NCBI GenBank assembly: GCA_001512685.1
Contig: LFSG01000052.1
Span: forward strand, 9,667-73,666
Length of the DNA: 64,000 nucleotides
Direction: 5' to 3'
Source: Clostridiales bacterium DTU072
GTDB lineage: Bacteria; Bacillota; Clostridia; Christensenellales; DTU072
Of this stretch, positions 47,778 through 56,025 are shown in pieces (position 1 is the stretch's first letter; each line of letters starts with the position of its first letter). A program made the position numbers and the translations under genes. The notes below the pieces were generated by a model, which was given only the letters and a program-made list of their open reading frames with translations, ran no database searches and was not told the DNA's origin.

Positions 47778-48545
47778 ATGTCAAACAAAGTGGTCATAAG
47801 CGGTATATCTACCTCCCAGCTGCCCAAACTGAATGCAAAACAAACAGAGGAGCTGATAAGACGGATAAAGAACGGGGAAACGCATTTAAGGGAAGAATTT
47901 CTTATGGGCAACATTCGTTTGGTCTTGAGCATGGTGCAAAGATTTAAGATTGACAAGGATATTGCCGACGATTTGTTTCAAGTGGGAATGCTGGGCTTAA
48001 TAAAAGCTTTGGATAATTTTGATATCACAATGAATGTAAAATTCTCCACCTATGCCGTACCTATGATACTTGGCGAAATCAGAAGATTTATAAGGGACAG
48101 CACGGCTTTGAAAGTAGGCAGAAGCTTAAGGGACATCGCCTATCGCGCCATGCAGGCAAGGGACAAAATAGAAACCGCCAAGGCGCGCGAAGCGTCATTA
48201 ATGGAAATTGCTCAAGAAATCGATGTACCTTATAAAGATGTGGTATGCGCTCTTGACGCTATTGCCGAACCTATTTCAATTTACGAATCGGTATATTCCG
48301 ACGGAGAAGACTCCATTCTTGTAGTCGACCAATTGAGCAGCGACGAAGGAGAAGACGATTTGCTTGACAATCTCACGCTTAAAGATGAAATCAAAAAATT
48401 GCCTCCCAAAGAAAAAGAAATAATAATCATGCGTTATTTCAAAGGAAAAACACAAATGGAAATATCCAAAGCGCTGAATATTTCCCAAGCTCAAGTGAGC
48501 AGATTGGAAAAAAGCGCCATAGCTCATTTGAGAAAAGCGTTTTGA
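47778..48545 (+). CDS. sigG: Sporulation forespore sigma factor sigma-G
   Basis: 255 aa, collinear with B. subtilis SigG (NKV.I.G..TS.LP.L; VKFSTYAVPMILGEIRRFIRD; GKTQMEISKALNISQAQVSRLEKSAI). An AGGAGG RBS is present. Confidence 0.88.
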   Translation: MSNKVVISGISTSQLPKLNAKQTEELIRRIKNGETHLREEFLMGNIRLVLSMVQRFKIDKDIADDLFQVGMLGLIKALDNFDITMNVKFSTYAVPMILGEIRRFIRDSTALKVGRSLRDIAYRAMQARDKIETAKAREASLMEIAQEIDVPYKDVVCALDAIAEPISIYESVYSDGEDSILVVDQLSSDEGEDDLLDNLTLKDEIKKLPPKEKEIIIMRYFKGKTQMEISKALNISQAQVSRLEKSAIAHLRKAF

Positions 48546-48570
48546 TAAACATTAACAATTGATTTTTATA

Positions 48571-48598
48571 AAAAGCGGCGGCCCTTTGCCGCCGTTTT
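48571..48598. terminator. Bidirectional intrinsic terminator between convergent sigG and sigE
   Basis: The sequence AAAAG-CGGCGGC-CCUUU-GCCGCCG-UUUU has a 7-bp GC stem flanked by an A tract and a U tract. Confidence 0.7.
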
Positions 48599-49338
48599 CA
48601 TTCACATTTTTGAAAATCCTTTTTTAGTTTTTCCAAAATCTTTTTTTCCAAACGGCTTATGTATGATTGGGATATATTCATCATATCGGCTATTTCCTTT
48701 TGCGTTTTTTCTTCTTTGCCGTACAGTCCGTAACGCAGCCCCACTATCATTTTTTCTCTGTCGTCAAGCTTATTGTAAAGCTCTTTCAATATTCCCTTTT
48801 CCACTTCCGCCTCCATTTCTTTATACACACTGTCGGCGTCGGTGCCGAGTATATCGCTGAGCAGCAATTTATTCCCTTCCCAATCCACATTTAAGGGCTC
48901 GTCAAGGCTTATCTCCCCTTTAGAGCGTACAACTCTTCTTAAGTACATAAGAATTTCATTTTCTATACACCTTGACGCATAGGTGGCAAGCTTAATCTTT
49001 TTTTCGGAATTATAGGATTTTACGGCTTTTATCAAGCCTACCGTGCCTACGGAAATAAGCTCTTCGATGTCTATGCCGGTATTATTAAATCTTTTTGCTA
49101 TATAAACGACCAGCCTTAAATTGTGTTCGATAAGCAGATTCCTGGCCTTTTCCTCCCCTTTTATCAGCTGTTGTATGGCTTCTTTTTCTTCTTCGCTGGA
49201 CAAAGGTATGGGCAGCGCCACAATATAATTGATTTCTCCGGCGGCATCTTTTTTCTTGAACGGTTTTCGAATGCCCAGCCTTATTTTAGTAAAGAAACAC
49301 TTAATTTTGATAAAAATGCCGTAAAAAAAATCCTTCAT
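48598..49338 (-). CDS. sigE: Pro-sigma-E, sporulation mother-cell sigma factor
   Basis: 246 aa with a pro-sequence. The core [67 protein letters not shown] is near-identical in pattern to B. subtilis SigE. The gene is directly downstream of spoIIGA. Confidence 0.92.
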   Translation of the reverse strand: MKDFFYGIFIKIKCFFTKIRLGIRKPFKKKDAAGEINYIVALPIPLSSEEEKEAIQQLIKGEEKARNLLIEHNLRLVVYIAKRFNNTGIDIEELISVGTVGLIKAVKSYNSEKKIKLATYASRCIENEILMYLRRVVRSKGEISLDEPLNVDWEGNKLLLSDILGTDADSVYKEMEAEVEKGILKELYNKLDDREKMIVGLRYGLYGKEEKTQKEIADMMNISQSYISRLEKKILEKLKKDFQKCE

Positions 49339-49339
49339 G

Positions 49340-50122
49340 CTACTCTCCTATCATTTCCGTATGCAATATTAGATCATATTCTTCATTGATATCGTCGATT
49401 ATGCCCGCTCGAGCTTTATACATTTTATTCTTGCCATTATTAAAATATATCCAAAATATTATATTCGCGGTGGGTATATTTTTATAACCTGCCACCGATT
49501 TTATTATTACGTCTCCGCAAGGTTGGCATGCCATTTTATTAAAAATTCTTTTGGAAATAATAACCATGGGCTGACCGTTTGCGGGGTCGGCAAGATGGTT
49601 GCCACTGTCATAAAAAGCATGCGTTTCAATAAAACTATCTTCACTCAATTGAATTTTTACGGGATAAATCAGCGTTTGTATTCTTTTGCGTTTATACAAT
49701 TGTGCTGCGATATAATTGCACAAAAGCAAAACCATCATAGCGGACAAGCTTATGCAAAAAGGAAAAAGCTGTATCTTTTTATGATATTTTGTCAAATCGA
49801 TATCAGAAAACGCGCTTATCATTAAAACGGCGCCCGCAAGCGTAAAAGACAAAATATAAAATGTTACAAGAATGGAAAAAAAATCCGAAAACCTATTATA
49901 TTTTCTCAATATAAAAACCATAACGGGAGCCAACAGCGCTTTTACTATGTAATTATATTTACCTAAAAACGGATACAGCGCCGAAAAAACGGCGCCCAAT
50001 GTTCCCGAACAAAAAACCGCCGCAAAAGAAGCCTTTTTTTTGAGCAGAATTAAGGAAAGATATAACAAAAACATGTTAACCGCAAAATTGTCCAAGAATA
50101 TGTATTCAATATAAATTTCCAT
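49340..50122 (-). CDS. spoIIGA: Sigma-E processing peptidase SpoIIGA
   Basis: 260 aa with an N-terminal multi-TM region and a C-terminal aspartic protease motif ([11 protein letters not shown]). It is adjacent to sigE. Confidence 0.88.
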   Translation of the reverse strand: MEIYIEYIFLDNFAVNMFLLYLSLILLKKKASFAAVFCSGTLGAVFSALYPFLGKYNYIVKALLAPVMVFILRKYNRFSDFFSILVTFYILSFTLAGAVLMISAFSDIDLTKYHKKIQLFPFCISLSAMMVLLLCNYIAAQLYKRKRIQTLIYPVKIQLSEDSFIETHAFYDSGNHLADPANGQPMVIISKRIFNKMACQPCGDVIIKSVAGYKNIPTANIIFWIYFNNGKNKMYKARAGIIDDINEEYDLILHTEMIGE

Positions 50123-50204
50123 ATGATATTCGCCTTTCGTTTAACCATTTTAGCAAAAGAAAAAGCGGATATTCATTAAGTTTTTTTTATATCAAAATAT
50201 GACT

Positions 50205-50232
50205 AAATCCGCATGCCAATGACAGCGGATTT
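50205..50232 (-). terminator. Hairpin downstream of pgi (possible terminator)
   Basis: The hairpin AAAUCCGC-(12 nt)-GCGGAUUU has an 8-bp stem and lies 40 nt after the pgi stop. The U tract is not immediately adjacent (AGUCAUAUUUUGAU). Confidence 0.3.
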
Positions 50233-50271
50233 AATCATCAACAAAAATTAAAAACAAAATATCTTTTACGA

Positions 50272-51678
50272 TTAAATGATATATTTAGAGCTTTTAGGCT
50301 TTTTTGAATTTAATTCTTGAGCTTTTTGCTCGTAGCCTTTGCGCCCCAATAAAGCGTATGTGGCGTTTTTGCCTTCTTCCACGCCGGGTTGATTAAAGGT
50401 GTCGATATTAAGCATGGCGCCCACATAAGCCGTTTGCATCATAAAGAACATAAGCAGCTGCCCTATCGTAAAAGCGTTGACTTCGGGCAGCATAATAATT
50501 GAATTGAGTCTTTGATTTTTTGTCAAAGCGTATTCGGTGGCAAGCATTTCGGCATTCATCAATTCATTCAAAGTATGTCCGCAAAGGAAATTGACATCGG
50601 GAAACTCTTGGCAGCCTTCCGCTATTGTTACCTCTTTGCGGTATTTATCCACGCCGATAAGAGTAATGACCTTGTCAAAAGGACCTTCGGTATACAATTG
50701 AACTTGGCTGTGCTGATCGGTAACGCCTAAAGCTTTTACGGGCGTTTGCCCAACATAAACCTTATTGCCCTGCAAATCCGCAGCTTTCCCCAGGCTCTCC
50801 CCCCAAAGCTGACAATACCAATCAGCCATGAGCTTAAGGCTGTCCGCATAAGGCATCATAACACTTATATTCTTGCCTTTCTTCATGGCGATGTATTGCA
50901 ATACCGCCGCCATAAGTGCGGGATTCTTTCTATAGTCTTTTATTTTGCATTTTCTATCCATTAACGCGGCGCCTCTGAGAAGCTGTTTAATGTTTATGCC
51001 GAGTACGGCGGCTGGCAAAAGCCCCACAGGACTCAGCTCGCTGAATCTTCCCCCCACTCCGTCGGGAATATAAAATGTCTTAAGCCCTTCGGCGCGGGCT
51101 ATTTTTATCAAGTTGCCCTTGTTTTCGGAAGTAGTGGCTATAATGTGGTTTTTGGCGTCGCTTCCAAATTTTTTCTTCAACAAATCCATTATTATAAGAA
51201 ATTGACTCATCGTTTCGGAAGTGGAGCCGCTTTTGGTTATTACATTAAACATGGTTTTTTCAAGCTTGACGACATCCAAAAGCGAACTCATTCTTTCGGG
51301 GTCGACATTGTCCTCAACATAGAATTTGGGCGCCCGTCTTTTGGACTTTGGTAACTCATTATGCCTTAAATGGCACAATGCTTGAAAAACGGCCATAGGT
51401 CCGAGAGCGGAGCCGCCAATACCCAAAACCACGAAATAATCAAATTTTTTGCGTATGCTCTTTGCCGTTTGTATGATATCATTCACCGTTTCTTCTTGAT
51501 TATACGGCAATTCGGTCCAGCCCATCATGCCTTGCCCTCTTGAAGATTGCACCGCTTGATAGGCCGCTTCCATACGCTTTTTTTGCGTCGATATTTCCAA
51601 AACGCTTATGCCTTCTTTTGCTCCTACGTACTCGCTCATCATATTGTTGTAATCGAATCTAATTTGCTGATTTTTCAT
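50272..51678 (-). CDS. pgi: Glucose-6-phosphate isomerase
   Basis: 468 aa of the Firmicute-type PGI, with motifs VVLGIGGSALGP, TKSGSTSET and GVTDQHSQVQL. Confidence 0.93.
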   Translation of the reverse strand: MKNQQIRFDYNNMMSEYVGAKEGISVLEISTQKKRMEAAYQAVQSSRGQGMMGWTELPYNQEETVNDIIQTAKSIRKKFDYFVVLGIGGSALGPMAVFQALCHLRHNELPKSKRRAPKFYVEDNVDPERMSSLLDVVKLEKTMFNVITKSGSTSETMSQFLIIMDLLKKKFGSDAKNHIIATTSENKGNLIKIARAEGLKTFYIPDGVGGRFSELSPVGLLPAAVLGINIKQLLRGAALMDRKCKIKDYRKNPALMAAVLQYIAMKKGKNISVMMPYADSLKLMADWYCQLWGESLGKAADLQGNKVYVGQTPVKALGVTDQHSQVQLYTEGPFDKVITLIGVDKYRKEVTIAEGCQEFPDVNFLCGHTLNELMNAEMLATEYALTKNQRLNSIIMLPEVNAFTIGQLLMFFMMQTAYVGAMLNIDTFNQPGVEEGKNATYALLGRKGYEQKAQELNSKKPKSSKYII

Positions 51679-51688
51679 ATTCTCTCCT

Positions 51689-52486
51689 TTATTTCAATGC
51701 TTTATCCAAACAATATTTTAAATATTCGTTGCCCTCCGCAATCTCATCATAATCGTTATAGTTTCCCGCATACAGTTCCATAATAATGGGCCCGTCGTAG
51801 CCGTTGTCCGCAAGGGCGGCAAAGAATTTCACAAAATCAAAAATCCCCCTGCCGGGCACGCATAAATTACCGTCGGCGTCATAATCGCACACATGCACAT
51901 TGCAAAGCCTTTCCCCCATGGCTTCCAAATAATCGTATACGCTGATTTTTGATTGCATTGCCTGCTTAATGTCAAGACAGGTTTTAACATTGCTGTATTT
52001 TTTTAATTGCAGAATAAACTCCGGGGAATTAAAGCATGTCCAATGCACGTTCTCATAAGCCAGTCTGCAGCCGTTGCCTAAACTTGAAAGCATTTCGTCA
52101 AGCTCGTCCACCCTTTTGCCTATCCTGCTGTAATCCAAGGTATACGGCGTTTTTTTAAGTCGGGTCAAGCCATGAAAGGTATAGTATCGCGCGCCCAAGA
52201 TATTTGCCGCCGCGGCTATCTGCTTAAAAAAGTATTCGCTATCTTCTCTTGTGCGCTGCACGGTATTAAAAAGCTCGGGTTCAAATTGCACGTTAAGGCT
52301 ATGTACCGAATATATTTCTATTCCTTCTCTTCTCTCGTTCAATAAACGAACAAATTCTTCCCGATACTCACGGAAGGTGGTAAGAAAGACTTCGCACGTG
52401 TCAATCTTCAGTTTTCTTATTATGTCAAAGGTATTTTCCGTAAGTTCCTTAGAAAAAAAGGAGGCTGTCGATATCCCTGTTTTCAT
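51689..52486 (-). CDS. Sugar phosphate isomerase/epimerase (xylose isomerase-like TIM barrel)
   Basis: 265 aa with the AP_endonuc_2-type pattern (YSVHS, TFHG, YENV, VHVCD, MELY). Confidence 0.65.
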   Translation of the reverse strand: MKTGISTASFFSKELTENTFDIIRKLKIDTCEVFLTTFREYREEFVRLLNERREGIEIYSVHSLNVQFEPELFNTVQRTREDSEYFFKQIAAAANILGARYYTFHGLTRLKKTPYTLDYSRIGKRVDELDEMLSSLGNGCRLAYENVHWTCFNSPEFILQLKKYSNVKTCLDIKQAMQSKISVYDYLEAMGERLCNVHVCDYDADGNLCVPGRGIFDFVKFFAALADNGYDGPIIMELYAGNYNDYDEIAEGNEYLKYCLDKALK

Positions 52487-52487
52487 A

Positions 52488-53024
52488 TCAGTATTCAGGC
52501 AAAATTAAACCGTAATTGCCGTCGTTTCTCTTATAGACAACGCACACCTTTTCAGTTTCCTCGTTCATAAAAACGTAGAAGTTGTGGTCCAAAAGCTCCA
52601 TTTCTTCAATGGCGTTGGATACCGTAGTCATGGCAATTTCAAACTTCTTTTCTTTAACAAGCTTGCCGGACACGGTTTTGTTGTCTATTTCTTCATTCTT
52701 TTCGTAAATGGGCGCCTCAAACGCTTCTTTTCTCAGTTTGTTGTCAAATCTTTTGCGGTATTTTACTATTTGGCGCTCAATTTTGGGCAATACAATATCT
52801 ATATTGTCATACATGTTGTCGCTGGTAACTTCGGAGCGCACTCTCAAATTGTCCGAAGTAAGCGTAATTTCCATGGTGTATTTGTTGTTCCCTGAAAGAG
52901 ATAATATTACCTTCGCCGACGCTTCTTTTTTGAAATATTTATCAAATTTATTTATTTTCTTTTCCAGCAAATCTTTAAGGGTATCTTTGGGTTTGTAATT
53001 CTTAGACGATATTTCTATACGCAT
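52488..53024 (-). CDS. hpf: Ribosome hibernation promoting factor (long HPF)
   Basis: 178 aa. The N-terminal S30AE-like domain starts MRIEISSKNYKPKDTLKDLLEKKINKFDKYF, and the C-terminal dimerisation domain has VVYKRNDGNYGLILPE. Confidence 0.9.
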   Translation of the reverse strand: MRIEISSKNYKPKDTLKDLLEKKINKFDKYFKKEASAKVILSLSGNNKYTMEITLTSDNLRVRSEVTSDNMYDNIDIVLPKIERQIVKYRKRFDNKLRKEAFEAPIYEKNEEIDNKTVSGKLVKEKKFEIAMTTVSNAIEEMELLDHNFYVFMNEETEKVCVVYKRNDGNYGLILPEY

Positions 53025-53054
53025 AATATAATCCTCCTGTCGTTTAGTTATATT

Positions 53055-53594
53055 TTATTTGTCTTTGATTGGCTTATCGCTTAGCGCCGATAATATTTCC
53101 TTTTCCAGCCGTTTATTTTTTATGCTTGTGCCAAGTTTAATATTTTTGCCGCTTATATCCTTTGCCGCCGCCATGCCTATGTTATTGTGGCACATCGCTT
53201 CCACGATTTCACGGATTTTCTGACAAGATAAGTTGTAATCAAGCATTATTTGAGCTGTTTCTATATTGCCGCCTTCGGCAAGAGCAAGCAATAAATGATG
53301 TGAGCATATTATGTTATAGCCATAATTATGAGCTATCTGTTCGGCTTTTAATATCGCTTTTTCCGCGCCCGAAGATATGTTTCTATGCGCGGAAGAGGTA
53401 TATTCGGCAACATAGCTTTTGGCATAATGCTCGCTCAAGCCCATTCTGCCAAGTATTTCCGCCGAATAGCTTTCCGGCGTCAAGGCCATGGCTAACAAGA
53501 TGCACATGCAATCTATATCAGTATTATCGACATTATAAATAATTTTATAGGTATTATCGAACACTTTTGAGAGTTCTTTACTGATTTGCCCCAT
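53055..53594 (-). CDS. Stand-alone Clp N-terminal (Clp R) repeat domain protein
   Basis: 179 aa with two Clp_N-like repeats (DCMCILLAMALTPESYSAEILGRMGLS and ICSHHLLLALAEGGNIETAQIMLDYNLSCQKIREIV). There is no AAA+ module. Confidence 0.6.
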   Translation of the reverse strand: MGQISKELSKVFDNTYKIIYNVDNTDIDCMCILLAMALTPESYSAEILGRMGLSEHYAKSYVAEYTSSAHRNISSGAEKAILKAEQIAHNYGYNIICSHHLLLALAEGGNIETAQIMLDYNLSCQKIREIVEAMCHNNIGMAAAKDISGKNIKLGTSIKNKRLEKEILSALSDKPIKDK

Positions 53595-53613
53595 ATTATT
53601 ACCCCTTAAAAAA

Positions 53614-54489
53614 TTAAAGCGTTTTAATCAAATCAAACAGATAACTCCTCAAGCCTTCAAATAAATCCTCATTCCTTAAAGCGTATTCAATATTGGCTTT
53701 GATATAGCCGAGTTTGTCGCCTATATCGTATCTTTTGCCTTCAAACGAATAAGCAAAAGCTCCTATGGCTTTGGCCTGCAATTCTATGGCGGTAGGCAGA
53801 TAAACCTCGCCATTGGGCGCCGCGGGCGTACGCCTGATAAATTCAAAAATATCCGGAGTCAATATAAAGCGGCCAAGGCTGGCAAGAGTAGAAGGCAGCT
53901 TGTCTATTTCGGGTTTTTCCATAAAACCAAGTATTTCGGTATACCTGCCCTTTACCTTACCGGGAACGATAACACCGTATTTTGTGGCTTCCTCTTTCGG
54001 TTGAGGCTGCACTCCCACGATTGTCAAGCCCGTTGTCTCATAAGCGTCTATGAGCTGTTTGGTTACGGGATAATCGGGATTATAGATAACATCGTCTCCG
54101 AACAGCACCACGAAAGGCTCTCCTTTAACAAAGCTTTCGCATAGCTCCACCGCCTTGCCCGTGCCAAGCATTTCCTTTTGCCTTATATAACAAATGTTTA
54201 CCTTGTCGCACAGCTCATTCATTATCCTTATTTGCTGATATTTACCCGCCTTTGCCAAAGCGTTTTCCACTTCCACGTTTCTGTCGAAATGGTCGGCAAT
54301 ATTATTCTTATTTCTGCCTAAAATAATGCAGACATCGGTAATGCCGCTTGCTATACATTCTTCAACAATATATTGTATGGATGGAACATCAACGATAGGC
54401 AGCATTTCTTTGGGCATTGCTTTGGTCGCGGGAAGAAATCTTGTGCCGTAGCCCGCTGCCGGAATAATGGCTCTGGTAACTTTTTGCAC
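53614..54489 (-). CDS. galU: UTP--glucose-1-phosphate uridylyltransferase
   Basis: 291 aa with AIIPAAGYGTRFLPATKAMPKEMLPIVD. It has a GTG start and a GAGAGG RBS. Confidence 0.93.
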   Translation of the reverse strand: MQKVTRAIIPAAGYGTRFLPATKAMPKEMLPIVDVPSIQYIVEECIASGITDVCIILGRNKNNIADHFDRNVEVENALAKAGKYQQIRIMNELCDKVNICYIRQKEMLGTGKAVELCESFVKGEPFVVLFGDDVIYNPDYPVTKQLIDAYETTGLTIVGVQPQPKEEATKYGVIVPGKVKGRYTEILGFMEKPEIDKLPSTLASLGRFILTPDIFEFIRRTPAAPNGEVYLPTAIELQAKAIGAFAYSFEGKRYDIGDKLGYIKANIEYALRNEDLFEGLRSYLFDLIKTL

Positions 54490-54516
54490 TTAAAACCTCT
54501 CTAAATTTATACTCTT

Positions 54517-54545
54517 ATTATATACCAAATATTCCCATAATGCAA
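54517..54545 (-). promoter_or_regulatory. Candidate sigma-A promoter of the galU-clpN-hpf-TIM-pgi operon
   Basis: The minus strand reads TTGCAT-N17-TATAAT (-35 at 54540-54545, -10 at 54517-54522). Confidence 0.5.
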
Positions 54546-54701
54546 CGGTAATTATTTACCGCTCCCTAAATAGGTATGCCGTTTTATGTTAGATTTATAA
54601 CTGATACTAATGCCTTGCGCTTACAAGTATAGGTTATAACTTAAGCGCAATAATTAAGCATAAATATTTTTGTTTATTGGTCTTAAATAACCCTAAAATA
54701 A

Positions 54702-54730
54702 TTGACAGACTATGTTTGCTGTTGTAGAAT
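54702..54730 (+). promoter_or_regulatory. Candidate sigma-A promoter of the tRNA-Leu pair
   Basis: The sequence reads TTGACA-N17-TAGAAT and ends 13 nt before the first tRNA. Confidence 0.6.
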
Positions 54731-54743
54731 ACTATAGAAACAT

Positions 54744-54828
54744 ACGAGGGTGGCGGAATTGGCAGACGCGTATGATTCAGGCTCATATTGCGCAAGCAGT
54801 GAGGGTTCAAGTCCCTTCCCTCGTACCA
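54744..54828 (+). tRNA. tRNA-Leu (anticodon CAG), type II, CCA encoded
   Basis: Hand fold: acceptor ACGAGGG/CCCUCGU, D arm GCG-GAAUUGGCAGA-CGC, anticodon stem UAUGA/UCAUA with loop UUCAGGC, long variable arm, T arm GAGGG-UUCAAGU-CCCUU, then ACCA. Confidence 0.88.
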
Positions 54829-54839
54829 TCAACAAATAT

Positions 54840-54925
54840 GCGGTTGTGCTGGAATCGGCAGACAGGCATGACTAAGGATCATGTGTCGTAACGACGTGCA
54901 AGTTCAAGTCTTGTCAACCGCACCA
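54840..54925 (+). tRNA. tRNA-Leu (anticodon AAG, A34), type II, CCA encoded
   Basis: Hand fold: acceptor GCGGUUG/CAACCGC, D arm CUG-GAAUCGGCAGA-CAG, anticodon stem CAUGA/UCAUG with 7-nt loop C-U-A-A-G-G-A (positions 34-36 = AAG), variable arm GUCG-UAA-CGAC, T arm GCAAG-UUCAAGU-CUUGU, then ACCA. Confidence 0.8.
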
Positions 54926-54931
54926 AGCGTT

Positions 54932-54958
54932 AAAAAACACCGTAAAACGGTGTTTTTT
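54932..54958. terminator. Bidirectional intrinsic terminator (tRNA operon on +, ku on -)
   Basis: The sequence AAAAA-ACACCG-UAAAA-CGGUGU-UUUUU has A and U tracts on both sides. Confidence 0.7.
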
Positions 54959-55066
54959 GTTTGTTTTTATAGCTGTTTTTTGTAACTGGGTACGAATTGG
55001 GTAAAATTCATTTTATTGCGGCGTTAACGGTAAACGAAGTTTTTTATATGTTTTATTTCAATAACG

Positions 55067-55843
55067 CTATTGGCCAGCTTGCGCTTGTTTTCCCCTTTGC
55101 AAGGTTCTTTGCAAAGCTTCCATAAGGCTTATGGCGGCATTGGGCAAATCCCCTTCGTCGGCCACCGTTATTTCCTCGCCGCGAATCTTTTCTTCTATCG
55201 CTTTTCTTAATCTTAAATTATATTCGTCTTGATAGTTTTCGGGCTCAAAGCTTGCCGCCATGCTCCCGATAATCATACGGGCAAGCTGCAGCTCTTTTTC
55301 TTCCACCTTGGCTTTTATCTCTTTAATGGGATTTTTTTGTATTTCAGAATAAAAATGCATGGTATTAAGTATCATGTCACCGCCGCTTACTCTTAACGCG
55401 ATCAGATTTTCCTTTGAGCCCAGCACGGTTTTGGCTATGCCGATTTTGCCTTCGCCTTCCATGGCTTCTCTAAGCAAAGCAAAAGCTTTTTCCGCCCCTT
55501 CAGGGGTAACATAATAAGATTTATCATAATAAATCGGGTCAATTTCGGATATGTCTACAAAGCTTTCAATCACTATGCTTTTGTCCCTTTTGGTTTTTAT
55601 TTTCTCAAAATCGTCATCTTCAATTATAACGTATCTGTCTTTTTCATATTGATAGGCTTTTACGATATCCTCGGCGTTTACTTCCTCTCCTGTCGACGCC
55701 GATATTTTCTTATACAAAATTCTGCTGTTAGTCCTTTTATCCAGCATGTTGAAGCTTACATCATTGCTTTTGACTGTATTGTGCAGTCTTACAGGTATGA
55801 ATACCAATCCAAAACTAATTGAGCTTTTATAACTGAACGCCAT
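55067..55843 (-). CDS. ku: Non-homologous end-joining protein Ku
   Basis: 258 aa. The N-terminus ISFGLVFIPVRLHNTVKSNDVSFNMLDKRTNSRILYKK is the canonical bacterial Ku core, and the C-terminal tail is basic. Confidence 0.9.
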   Translation of the reverse strand: MAFSYKSSISFGLVFIPVRLHNTVKSNDVSFNMLDKRTNSRILYKKISASTGEEVNAEDIVKAYQYEKDRYVIIEDDDFEKIKTKRDKSIVIESFVDISEIDPIYYDKSYYVTPEGAEKAFALLREAMEGEGKIGIAKTVLGSKENLIALRVSGGDMILNTMHFYSEIQKNPIKEIKAKVEEKELQLARMIIGSMAASFEPENYQDEYNLRLRKAIEEKIRGEEITVADEGDLPNAAISLMEALQRTLQRGKQAQAGQ

Positions 55844-55964
55844 AACAATTTCCTCAAAACTTAGTATGCATATTTACGGATAAAAATAAAGATATTCTTA
55901 CATAAACTTGCGCCGAAAAATTATAGGATACTCTCGACAAAATTGAATGGCAGCGTCATTTTTC

Positions 55965-55993
55965 TTGCAACCGCGGGTTATATGATTTATAAT
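55965..55993 (+). promoter_or_regulatory. Candidate sigma-A promoter of the degV-apbE-NusG_II-Gx operon
   Basis: The sequence reads TTGCAA-N17-TATAAT, ~33 nt upstream of ATG 56026. Confidence 0.55.
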
Positions 55994-56025
55994 TATTTCA
56001 ATACTAAATTTTGAAGGAGAAGAAT

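Noticed and set aside
50123-50204. Spo0A-box search upstream of spoIIGA.
   Set aside because: Only a partial match (AGGCGAA versus TGNCGAA) was found, and it overlaps the RBS. There is no convincing pair of 0A boxes or a clear sigma-A promoter by eye.
54614-54645. Imperfect palindrome GCGCTTA...(18 nt)...TAAGCGC between the galU and tRNA promoters.
   Set aside because: Only the 7 outer base pairs are solid. There is no adjacent U tract, and it lies upstream of both divergent promoters. It could be an operator, but there is no supporting evidence.
55850-55880. Perfect sigma-G-type -10 element (CATACTA) on the minus strand just upstream of ku.
   Set aside because: No GHATR -35 element occurs at 17-18 nt; the only GAATA is 24 nt away. 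The predicted start would also fall on the RBS. It is noted only as a hint for PWM or TSS analysis.
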